In this document: positions 1 through 10,873 of the stretch, piece after piece
How positions within the stretch are numbered: position 1 is the stretch's first letter
Layout of the letters: the number at the start of each line of letters is the position of its first letter
Source: Octopus vulgaris
Lineage: Eukaryota
DNA: 64,000 nt
NCBI GenBank assembly: GCA_951406725.2
Contig: OX597816.1
Location: 151,032,001 to 151,096,000 of the forward strand
Direction of reading: 5' to 3'
Position numbers and translations under genes: made by a program
The notes under the pieces: generated by a model
Told to the model about the DNA's origin: nothing
Database searches by the model: none
The model's input: only the letters and a program-made list of their open reading frames with translations

Positions 1-471
1 AAGACAAACTGTTCTAATCAGAGCATTTGTCTTATAAAAGAAAACTGCATAGCCAAAGAACTGGCTCAGTATGCTATTATTAATTTCCAGTTCCCTGATA
101 TATCATTTTACCTACTCTCTGTATGATATTTTTGATAGAATGCTTGTGTTTACTTGAATTTGTATTTTCCTGAATATTTTTACATCAAATTGTAACATAG
201 ACACATTTTTTCCATTATATATAACAGGTATCCTTTACTGAACAAACACTTCGTTTACAAGTGTACTTATCAATGCCTTTGTGCATAAACAGATGAATAT
301 ATTTTTGCATTATAGCACCAACACCTGCTTGGCCTAAGTTATACATATGGGAGTATGTGTTGCGTGTGTGTGTGTGTGTGTGTACATCATCATTACATGC
401 TTTTTTGTTTTATCTTTTGATATCTAGTTTTCCATACTTGCATGGGTCAACAGGAGTCTATTGAGACAGAT

Positions 472-475
<4 letters not shown>

Positions 476-508
<33 letters not shown>

Positions 509-548
509 TGTATGTATGTATGTATGTATGTATGTATGTATGTATATG
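476..548. repeat. (TA)n/(TATG)n microsatellite
   Basis: Direct tandem repeats. Confidence 0.95.
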
Positions 549-1130
549 TAATCAGTATTCAATTAGTAGAAGAAAAGAAAATGATGAGTTGACAGTTAAT
601 AATTATTTATTAATAAATTGATAATTCTTAGTTCCTACAGCTGTTTCCATTAGTGCTCATTAAATAAATTATAAATTTATGCATAAAATTTGCATTTATA
701 AGATATGAGCAAAAATATCATCAGGGAAAAAGATATAGATTAAAAGATTACATGTTGACCTCTTAGTCTATGCCAGTGAACTCAGAGCCAACTGGTATGA
801 ACTAAGAGCTCAACATATAATCTTTTAATGTATATCTTTTTCCTTGATGATACTTTAACTCATACTTTATCAATACAAATTTAAAGCCTAAATTTGTAAT
901 TTATTTAATGAGCACTAATGAGAACAGCTGTAAGAATTAAAAATTATCAATTTATTAATAAATAATTATTAACTTTCAACTCATTTTCTTTTCTTTTATT
1001 AATTGAATACTGATTATATGCTTAATATATACCTATTGATTTAAGGAAATTTTATTTCCCAAAAATATTAGGTATAGAACCAGTGTTTTCTTGGTTGTAA
1101 TCATCCTTTTAAGAGGTCAATATATCCTCT
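549..1130. mobile_element. Penelope-like pseudo-LTR / retrozyme-like foldback element (inverted arms 549-777 and 791-1016, right arm extended)
   Basis: ~230-bp imperfect inverted repeat, each arm with a hammerhead-like motif, abutting a microsatellite. Right boundary approximate. Confidence 0.65.
632..728 (-). ncRNA. Minimal type I hammerhead ribozyme motif
   Basis: Minus strand reads UUCC-CUGAUGA-[long stem II with ugcucau/augagca]-GAAAC-AGCU-GUA-GGAA: 4-bp stem I, intact core, palindromic stem III. Confidence 0.7.
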
Positions 1131-2303
1131 TCAAATTTTATTTAATTTGCTTTGTGGGAGCAACTGTTTTATCGAAAACGTATCTTGTTGTGAATTGCTC
1201 AAGATACGAAGTAGAAAAACAGCCAACATCTGATGAAAAGTCTTTATTTTATGTTGCTTGTCTTGTTTTCCATTTGTTTCTTTCACTGTTCACAAAAAAA
1301 GTTTGCATTCCATGTTTTTGTATTTCATGTTGTTTTTATATTTCATGTTGTTTACGTTCTGTGATGTTCTGTGCTCATATATGCATGTGTATATACATGT
1401 ATATGTATGTACATATATGTAGGTATGTATGCATATATATTTATATATTATTTAAATTATTATATGATTGAACGCCACACATCCATTTCCTAGTAAGTTT
1501 TATCTTAATAATTTCGATGCGACACTTATCCTATCTTTTTCTATTTCTCTTTCCTCTCCTCTTTCGTTTCCTCTCTCTCTTCTTTTCTCTAATTATTTTT
1601 ATCTTCCCTTCTCCCCATTTCATTTTTTCTCACTCATCCTTTCTCTAATTCTTTTCCTCTCCCCTTTGCCATTCTCTGTCTGTCCCTCTCTTACTTTTGC
1701 TCTCTCATCGCTTGCATGTGACCATTGGCCATCTTTCTTTTCCTAATTTGAATTTCTTTCTTTCTTTCTTTTTTTATTTCTTTCTTTCTGATCAGCTGCA
1801 GGGATAAGATGCATTCTTGTCTGTCTCCGGGCAGAGCTTGTTCCTCTGCATTCACCAAGTCAACTCATTCAGGTTTAGTAACCCTTCCTGTTTGTTTTCA
1901 CTGTCTTGTTTTTGTTACTAACTTTGACCCTCTGCAAAATCGCAAATTTTATTTAACTTTTCTTTGTGGGAGCAACTGTTTTGTCGAAAATGTATCTTGT
2001 CGTGAATTGCTTGAAATATGAAATAGAAAAACAGGTGACAACTGATGAAGGGTCGTCTTTTTATGTTGCTTGTCTTGTTTTCCATTTGTTTCTTTCGTTG
2101 TTTGCAAAAAAAAGTTTGAATTCCATGTCTTCATGTTTCGTATTTCATGTTGTTTACGTTCTGTGGTATCTTGTGCCCATAAACATATATATATACATCT
2201 CTATATATGTACATATATGTATGTATGTATGCATATATATTTATATATTATTTTTATTATTATATGATTGAATGCCATGCATCCATTTCCAAGTAAGTTT
2301 TAT
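1130..2303 (+). repeat. Diverged direct repeat of ~360 bp (about 1130-1504 and 1943-2303) around a pyrimidine-rich spacer
   Basis: Both copies run from tttgtgggagcaactgtttt to catccatttcc.agtaagttttatct. Confidence 0.85.
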
Positions 2304-2391
2304 CTGTCTGTCTGTCTATCTATCTATATATCTATCTATCTATCTATCTACCTACCTACCTACCTACCTACCTACCTACCTACCTACCTAC

Positions 2392-2470
<79 letters not shown>
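2304..2470. repeat. (TCTA)n/(CCTA)n/(TA)n compound microsatellite
   Basis: Direct tandem repeats. Confidence 0.95.
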
Positions 2471-2474
<4 letters not shown>

Positions 2475-2675
2475 TAATCCAAACAAGAAAGCACAAAAAA
2501 ACACAACAACACGAGGATGTGGAACAAATATAGTATTATTGGATGCTCAGGAAAGAAGGAAAGGAGGAGGGTTTAACGTTTCGAGTGGAGCTCTTTGTCG
2601 GAAACATAGGAGAAGGAAAGATCCAGAGAAGGGAAGACAGAGGAAAAAAAATCGCCAACGGTACACATGAGGTCA
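2471..2675 (-). mobile_element. Short hammerhead-bearing retroelement (family C, copy 1)
   Basis: Homologous to 19760-19962 and 19510-19720. Minus strand at 2571-2605 reads GUUU-CCGACAA-AGAGcuccaCUC-GAAACGUU-AAAC. Confidence 0.6.
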
Positions 2676-2690
2676 GGGCTAAATTAGCTG

Positions 2691-2727
<37 letters not shown>

Positions 2728-2899
2728 CATTCAACTACGGTTGTAGTTGAATAATATTCTTGAGGCCACAATTTACTTACATGCAGCACCTTTCAGAGCT
2801 TGTCACTAATTCAGTTCTTAACCAAATTGAAAACTGTAAACATGTTTGAAGAGGACTGATCTCTAGCTACATTTTGGCTTTAAAAATTGAAATTTATCT

Positions 2900-3260
2900 A
2901 ATAGAAAAAACTTTACATCAAAATTTGTAGCAACATTATTGGAGAGTAAGTAACGCCACCAATCAAGTTTAGATTGAAATAACTTTTTTTATTTTAAAAG
3001 CAAAATATAGTTATCTTAGCTTCAATCATAGAAGAAAGCAAGAAGAATTTCATAGTTTCAGTCCCATGCAACAAAAATTTGTATCAAAAAAGTTGTGAGG
3101 TAAAATATGAAAAATATAAGTAAGGCAAAAAATTGGATTGAAGTATAATTAACCTTTTTATTTTAAAAACGAACTATATTTTAATTAAGCTTAAATGATA
3201 GAGCTCAGTGAGAGGAATTTCACAGTATCAATCTCATGCAATGAAGTTTTAAAAGAAAAA
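2900..3260. repeat. Degenerate ~170-bp tandem duplication, probably an old DNA-element remnant
   Basis: Repeated ttattttaaaa...agctt.aat.atag...gaatttca.agt.tca.tc.catgcaa blocks. Confidence 0.45.
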
Positions 3261-3452
3261 GCTTATAAGTGTTTGCTTCTCAAATTTGAGGGTGACGATA
3301 TAGTTCTATACTTCTTTATGAATATAGTTGTATAAGGGGGCTTTTAATATATGTCACCAGCGTCATGAGGTAAGGAAAAAATTATCAATGACACCACTAA
3401 GTGACACATTTGACACATTATTAATTAGCATAATAGCCTGGAAAAAACATGG

Positions 3453-4305
3453 ATTACATGGAAAAATGCAAGCAAGAGAAATAAGATTATAAACATGGAA
3501 AATGACAGGACAAGTTATTAGACTTGGCAAAGTTCAGGACAACTTATTACATCTAGTAAAATACAGAACAAGAAAATTATTACTTAAAATATTGCCGCTA
3601 AGAATAAAATATGAATATTAAAAATTATTTGATTTTAATTCACAAAGTAACATTATAATTTTAAAAATGTACCGTCATTTTTGTTAAAATATTAACACGC
3701 TAGGATACTTTAAAAATGAGAGCCAGAAGTACCAATATAGCTAAAGTTTTATACAAAGTAGAATAATATATATAGTAGGCAAATTCATTATGTAAAAAAT
3801 AGGCATTGGGTCAAGACTAAAAATATGAAGACTTAGCAATAACTTAGGCAATAACTCAAGCAAATTTTACAGTGAATTTGTTCTTATAGGTAGATTTTAC
3901 TGTAATATATAGCTAATTTTTGTATTATTCTATTTATTGTACAAACTAATTATGTACTACTATTATTCTTTATAACCTATTTTCAAATTTCTAATTATCA
4001 ATTAATAATTTTTAAAATGAATTTTTTAAAGTGCAAAAAATATTTTAATTGAGTTATTTTTAATTTTTAGTAGAAGTAACAATTAATAACAAATATAAGT
4101 AATGACATGTAATAAAATTTTTAGTTTTAATAAAAGCTAATATTTTATTTGAAATGTTATCCTTAGCTGCAATATTTTAAAAAAAAATTTTTTTGTTCTC
4201 TACTTTACCAGATGTAATAAGTTGTCCTGAACTTTTCCACCTCTACTTTTCCAGGTTTATAATCTTAAGAATATAATTTCTCTTGCTCACATTTTTCCAT
4301 GTAAT
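3453..4305. mobile_element. MITE/foldback DNA element with ~160-bp TIRs
   Basis: attacatggaaaaatg...aagttcaggacaacttattacatct at left; its reverse complement ends at 4305 (ttttccatgtaat). TA flanks. Confidence 0.75.
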
Positions 4306-4792
4306 ATATGTATGTATCTACCCATCTCATGGGAAGACCAGCCCATCACACCTAGAGAAGATTCATTCACCAAGGCTCAAGAATCCGTTCTCATTTCAGC
4401 AAAACTGAGATTCAAGAAATACTATACATGTGTATGTAGTGTAATCTATGTAGTAGATATATAAACAAGGTAAACTTAGTTATTTCTCCATTGACTGTAA
4501 AAAGTGATGAACAGCTTTAATCAATTTTTGAATTTTATTGGGTTCTTACCACAAGTGTCTACTTCTTTTTTACCAATCCCAGAGAAATTAGCAGCCACAC
4601 TGTTTATATACTCAACAAATCTGGTAGCTACAGAGAGCTGGAGCTACTAATTTGCATATCATAAGTGTCTAACACTTCATGTTATACCAGTAGTCTATCA
4701 ACAGGAATTTCAGTCCTCATAGTGTCAGGTTATAGTATAATATATGTAGCCTATATATATACATGTATACACACACACACACACATGTACAT

Positions 4793-5280
4793 AGTCTCAG
4801 GAAGATGTGGGACAAAGTGGGGAGAAAGGACCTTCAGACTTTTAGCCTCACAGAGGAGATGACAGAGGACTAATACTTCTAGCAGTTTGCTGTGCTTGAG
4901 AAGATACATCAAGCTAAGTAAGATCATGGCTGTCCATACATACAGGCATGTCCTCTGTGTCCCTTCCTCAGCTGAAAGATGTTAGCCTTGCAGGCTCATG
5001 AGTACTGGTGCCACATAAAAGCACCCATGCTGGTGTCATGTAAAAGTACCTGTGCAGGTGTCATAAAAGCACTCATGCCAGTACCACATAAAAGTGCCCA
5101 TACCAATTCCTGTAAAGTGGCTGGTGTTAGAAAGGGCATCTAGCCATAGAAACTATGCCAAAACAGACAAAATGGAGCCTGTCTAATTCCTGTCAAACCA
5201 TCCAACTCATGCCAGCATAGAGAACAGATATTAAATGATGATGATGATGATGATGATGATGGTGACGGCGACGATGATAA
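4793..5280 (+). mobile_element. RTE-clade LINE 3' end (ORF C-terminus remnant, 3' UTR, (GAT)n tail)
   Basis: RKMWDKV..KDLQ-like remnant, then gggcatc.agcc.tagaaac...catgccagcat...ttaaatgatgatgat. Confidence 0.7.
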
Positions 5281-5299
5281 TATTCATTTAGGTGCCCTA

Positions 5300-6257
5300 G
5301 CCTAATTTCCCTTTCAAGCCTTCCCCACCACCCATCATCTCTCTATCACTGATGTTTTCATTACCTTTATAACTGCAGTATTCTGTTACTGTAATTAAAT
5401 GAGAAGAGAACTGCATATCGCATCAACTTTTTGGGTGATACCAGTTATCTTTCTCACTTCCTGGAACTACTTCACTCATAGTCCATCTTTCATTCATAAA
5501 ACTGTCCCTCTCCACCTACATTTTACATTGATTACCCATCTGTGCAACCAAATTATCTCTCCTTTTCAACCACTATACATTTCTCACTCTCCACACACTA
5601 TGCCTGCCTCTTCTATAACTATGTGCAGCCTACCTTCCCTACCTTATATGTATCATTAATCACTCCTCCATCTTTGTCCACCATCCACTACATACACACC
5701 TCAACTCAACTCAGTCTTTACTATCATCATCTACTTTTCCTTACCTTCCCTCCAACTCACACTCCTTTTTCATCATTCATTATATTTGTTCCATCACCCA
5801 TTACCCATCTCTCTCCCAATACATTCTCAGGGCTTCTACCTACCCACACTCCTTGTTCTTCTGTCCCTGCTCACTCCTGTTTACATGGTATATTGAGGGT
5901 CTGGTATGTTCTGTCACTTTCTTTCATAATTTAACCTCTCGTTTCCAAGCATAAAGCTGCCTTTTCCTCTGTTTCAGTCACTCAAGATGGATTTTAATCC
6001 TGTGTGCTGCATGGCAACCTCATTAGTGCTGGTGCCATGAAAAAAAAAACACCCAGTAAATTTTATAAAGTGATTGATATTAGGAAGAGGATCCAGCTGA
6101 AGAAATGATGTTGAAGCATAGACCAGAGCATGATACAATCCTTGGACCTGTCAACCTTTCTAACATATGCCACCATGGAAAGTGGATGTTAAAAGATGAT
6201 GATAATAATGATAATGATAGTGGTGATGGTGATGATGATGATGATGATGATGATGAT
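5300..6257 (+). mobile_element. CT-rich body plus RTE-type 3' tail (putative non-autonomous retroposon)
   Basis: Pyrimidine-rich 5300-5990 followed by the shared tail and (GAT)n. Confidence 0.5.
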
Positions 6258-6275
6258 ATATATATATATATATAT

Positions 6276-6385
6276 GGTAACCCAGGTTCGAATCCTGGTC
6301 ACGGCAGCCTCCCTATTATTTAATGGCGGTGCCCCAGCATGGCCACAGCTCATGAGCTGAAACTGGAAAAATCAAAATCAAAAAA
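6276..6385 (+). mobile_element. Short SINE fragment with Pol III B box
   Basis: GGTTCGAATCC B box; tail gccccagcatggccacagc...gctgaaac resembles the tail of the main SINE. Confidence 0.55.
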
Positions 6386-6392
6386 TATAGAG

Positions 6393-6429
<37 letters not shown>

Positions 6430-6589
6430 TAGATACACACACATGCACACATTCATACATGCATATACATGCTCTAGAGGCTAGTATGTTCCACTAGATG
6501 TGTAATGTAGATATATATATATGCAACAGAGTGCTAGTGTATTGAGCAGAAATATTAAGGCCATGAAGAGGATTGGCCCACAAAAGTCC

Positions 6590-6845
6590 CAGTCCCATGT
6601 AAAAAGCACCGGTGCCAGTGCTATGTAAAAGTACTCATGCTGGTGCCACATTGAAAGTACCCACCACACACTGTAAAGTGGTTGGTGTTAGGAAGGGCAT
6701 CTGGCTATAGTAACCAAGCCAAATCAGACTGAAACCTGGTGTAGCTCTTCTGCTTGCCAGCTCTTGTCAAACCATCCAACCCATATAAGCATGGAAAGCA
6801 GATGGTAAATGATGATGATGATGATGATGATGGTGATGGTGATGT
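6590..6845 (+). mobile_element. RTE-type 3' UTR/tail repeat
   Basis: gtaaagtggttggtgttaggaagggcatc...ccatccaaccca...atggaaagcagatg...(GAT)n. Confidence 0.75.
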
Positions 6846-8062
6846 TACGCCTTTTGATGTCAAATACCAGACTTCCTCTCGTATTTGGATGAAAAAAAAG
6901 CACAACCTGTTTTAAAGTATTCATATATAATTAAACCTGTCCTCCATAATTTTATGTTAAAACTTTTTGCAATGTTCCCAACTTAATTATTTTATTCAGT
7001 CCATATAGATAGTTGATCATTTTAAAAATAAATTAATATCAATGAAATGATGGTAACCAGAAAGTTTTAACTTAAAATGGTTTTTAACTTAATATGATTT
7101 TTCTACACATCGACTTAAAATTTCTAACCAAGACCAGCTTACTGTTTATTTTTCATGACTTATATTAACCAGTATGTCTTTTCTTTTCCAAGATGGTAGG
7201 AATTTAGCCAGTATCTTTAGCTGCTTGAATGACCTCATTGAAGCTCTCCTACTAGCTTATCAAAATAAATAGTACATACACATAGTGATTAAATTATAAC
7301 TGCAACTCTTGATTTCCAGAGTGCTCTTACATAATTTTTAATTGGTGGTTTATGTACAATGCATACATTATTTCTCTCTCTCACACACACATGCATATAC
7401 TAGGTCTGTCTATAGTTTTGCAAAAATCCATTTATTCATTGTTCCTATCATGAAATATTTTTGGTAGAGCTCAATTTGGACATGAAAAAGTACTTTGTCT
7501 GATTATTACTATTTTTTTTACACATTTAATTTCTCAAATAAAGATTCTTTGATGAACTATTTGGACATCACATCAACAAGTCATGTTTGTTCATTTGTTT
7601 TTAATGGAAAGTATTTTTGTAATTTAGAATTATCTCTGATAAATAGAGAAAACATTGTTAGCTCCTTGATTCAGATTAAATTACAAATAGGAAAACATCA
7701 GAAATGAATGAAATGCTTGTAGCCAGTAAGTCTGTCTGTCTTTACGTATGTCTGCATGTATGTATTTGAGTGTGTAAATATATATTTTATATATGTGTAA
7801 ATGTAAATGTGCGTGTGTGTGTTTGATTATTTACTTACACACAAACATAGTCAGACTTCTACAAAATATATGAAGCACTTTTCATGGTTTTTCTTTGTAA
7901 AACAGAAATTCTGTGATCTCTGTGGTGTACATTACAAACTTCTGGCAATTTGTATCTGGGATTTAGGTCCAACTCCATGACTTAAATGGCTAACTTGATT
8001 GTCAACAAACCTGACACTCTTTCATCATAGGCTTTATACTCCTTTGACTGATAATTTCAGTT

Positions 8063-8139
<77 letters not shown>

Positions 8140-8369
8140 ATATTCTTTTATTTGTTTGTCATTTGACTGTGGCCATGTTGGAGCACCGCCTTTAGTCGAG
8201 TAAATCGAACCCAGGACTTATTGTTTGTAAGCCTAGTACTTATTCTATCAGTCTCTCTTGCCGAACTGCTAAGTGACAGGGACCATAAACACACCAGCAG
8301 CATCGGTTGTCAAGCGATGTTGGTGGGGAGACAAACACAGACACACAAACATATACATATACATACACT

Positions 8370-8404
<35 letters not shown>

Positions 8405-8411
<7 letters not shown>

Positions 8412-8915
8412 TAAATTAGAGATAAAACCACTATTAGGCAAATCAAACAATGAAAAACTTAAGCCAATACATAAAATTAATTAATTTATATTATTTTAAA
8501 TATATATCAAAAGTATTAAAATTTAATAAAAGATAATGAGTAAAACACTACGATCATTTCATGGCTGTCCAATTCGTAATAATTCGAGTTATGGTTACAG
8601 TCAATCTTATATTTCAATTACCTGAAGATTGACTGTAACCATAACTCAAATTGTTACGAATTGGACAGCCATGAAACGATCGTAGTGTTTTACTCATTAT
8701 CTTTTATTAAATTTTAATACTTTTGATATATATTTAAAATAATATAAATTAATTAATTTTATGTATTGGCTTAAGTTTTTCCTTGTTTGATTTGCCTAAT
8801 AGTGGTTTTATCTCTAATTTAATATAATATAATATTTTACTATAAAATTGGATTCAATCCTAAATCTGATTTTTCCCTGTAAGTTTGGATTTATTCCCTA
8901 ATATTTTATTATTAA
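8405..8915 (+). mobile_element. Penelope-like pseudo-LTR / retrozyme-like foldback (arms 8405-8608 and 8625-8828, plus 3' extension)
   Basis: Near-perfect ~204-bp inverted repeat inside (TA)n. The extension matches 25131-25302. Confidence 0.7.
8619..8687 (+). ncRNA. Minimal type I hammerhead ribozyme motif
   Basis: UAC-CUGAAGA-[ugacugu...acagcca]-GAAAC-GAUC-GUA-GUG. Confidence 0.65.
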
Positions 8916-9319
8916 TATATATATATATATATGACGAGCTTCTTTCAGTTTCCGTCTACCAAATCCACTCACAAGGCCTTCGTCGGCCCAAGGCTATAGT
9001 AGAAGACACTTGCCCAAGGTGCTATGCAGTGGGACAGAACCTGGAACCATGTGGTTGGTAAGCAAGCTACTTACCACACAGCCACTCCTTTTTGCATTTG
9101 GTCTGCAAGATTCATGAGGTGAATTCATGTGTTGAAGCATATTTTATTGTGTCTGGGGAGAGTCATTCTCTTTTAGTGCCGTATTAATTTAACATACTGA
9201 CCAGTCCGATTTCCACTCATTTACTTATTTATTTTTACTAAACTTTTCATTGCGTCTTGCAGACTTTTCAATAGTCATTGACTCTGTCCGTTATTGGAAC
9301 TGAGTTCTCTTTTTTGCTT

Positions 9320-9373
9320 GTTTGTGTGCATGTGCGTGTGTGTCAGTGTGTGTGTGTGTGTGTGTGTGTGCAC

Positions 9374-9404
<31 letters not shown>

Positions 9405-9810
9405 TGTATGTATGTATGTATGTATGTATGTATGAATGTAAGTATGTATATATGCATGCTTGCATGTATGTATGTGTGTGTATGTATGTGTATGTATGTG
9501 TGCGTGTATGCATATATATATATATATATGTATGCATGTGTACACATTTGTATGTATATGCTCTGCATGTATGTGTGTATGCATGTATGTGTGTGTGTAT
9601 GCATATATATGTATACATGAGTGCATGTTTGTATGTATGTATATATTCTGCATATCCATGTGCTTGTGTGTTCATGTTTGTGTGTGTTTGTGTTTGTGTT
9701 CATGTTTGTGTGATGATGTGTGTGTTTGTGCGTGTGTGTGTGTCTGTATGTATGTGTACCTGTTTCCTTGTGTGAGCATGTTTGTGTGTGTCTGTGTATG
9801 GGTTTGTGTG
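9320..9810. repeat. (TG)n/(TATG)n compound microsatellite
   Basis: Direct tandem repeats; source of the spurious ORFs here. Confidence 0.95.
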
Positions 9811-10873
9811 ACCATATAAACAGTGGGTATTGGGGTATGACACCTTTTATTTATATTTCCTACTTAGTACTGGGGATGTTTCCTTAATGAGGACATACTC
9901 TTGTACTTGTGTGAGTGTTGGGTCCTTCGAGTGCTTGGATAAAATGCAGATGGCAAGTTAGGTTAGTGTAGCTCTGTAGAGCTTTCAACTTTTCAAATGA
10001 AAACCATCATTAGTGTGTGATAATCACACTGATTGTGATAATTCCACACACAAAATACAATATGTTTTTTCCAGTAACAAACTGTCGCTGATCTCGAAAA
10101 AGGAACTTTCTAGGTGCAATCCCATGATCATTCATGACCAAAGGGGGTCTTTACCCTTTATCCTTTATGCATACATAATAACAACAATGATGATGAGGAT
10201 GATGATGATGATGACAACAATGGCAATGATGATGGTGATGATGATGATAACAACGATTACGATGATGACATTGATGCTGATACCAATGCCAATGCCAACA
10301 ACAAGAGCTGACAGTTTTATTTTTCATGAAAGGAATTATATACTGTTTGAGTCATCATCAGTTCCATGGACTTCACCAGTGTTAGCAGTGTATTTGTAAT
10401 GAATGAGCAACTACTAGGAATCATAAATGACTGCAGACTCAGTTTATCTAAAGTTTACATCTTTTTGTGTTGTCATTTTCCACACACAAACTCACACCAA
10501 ATTCATATCTGTTAATTTATTAATCTGTCTCTCATTATCCTACAAGTGTTTATTTATTGTTTAATTCTAATGCAATGATGATTTAACATAGGTTATTTTA
10601 TAATCCTATTTGATTGCAATGCATTATAATGTGGGGATTTAATTATCCAATTTCAAACAGAATAAGCTGTTTACAAGCTAAACATCTGCTTAAAACACTT
10701 ATTTTAAGTTATCTATTCCTCCTCCTCCCTATAATTATTATCAACAATTTCATGTTAATTGTATTCACTTGATACTCAAAACATATGCAAACACACGGAC
10801 ACATACCACAAATGTACATACATTCACGTGAGTGTATCTAAATATTATAATGTGAGATGATAAAAATGATATA

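Larger units (their letters stand above)
8143..9089 (-). mobile_element. tRNA-derived CORE-type SINE interrupted by a foldback insertion
   Basis: Minus strand: A box TGGCTGTGTGG, B-box-like GGTTCTGTCCC, CORE-like CCTTGGGCAAGTG. Colinear with 15594-15990 and 40822-41198 apart from the insert. Confidence 0.85.

Noticed and set aside
1172-1238. Possible type II hammerhead (GAAA, hairpin, CUGAUGA)
   Set aside because: No UH triplet after the hairpin and no stem I could be formed.
6286-6296. tRNA gene suggested by GGTTCGAATCC
   Set aside because: No cloverleaf or A box; followed by a SINE tail.
9275-9819. Numerous ORFs rich in YI/HT/CV/MY (also near 13.1, 21, 25.3 and 27 kb)
   Set aside because: Translations of microsatellites.
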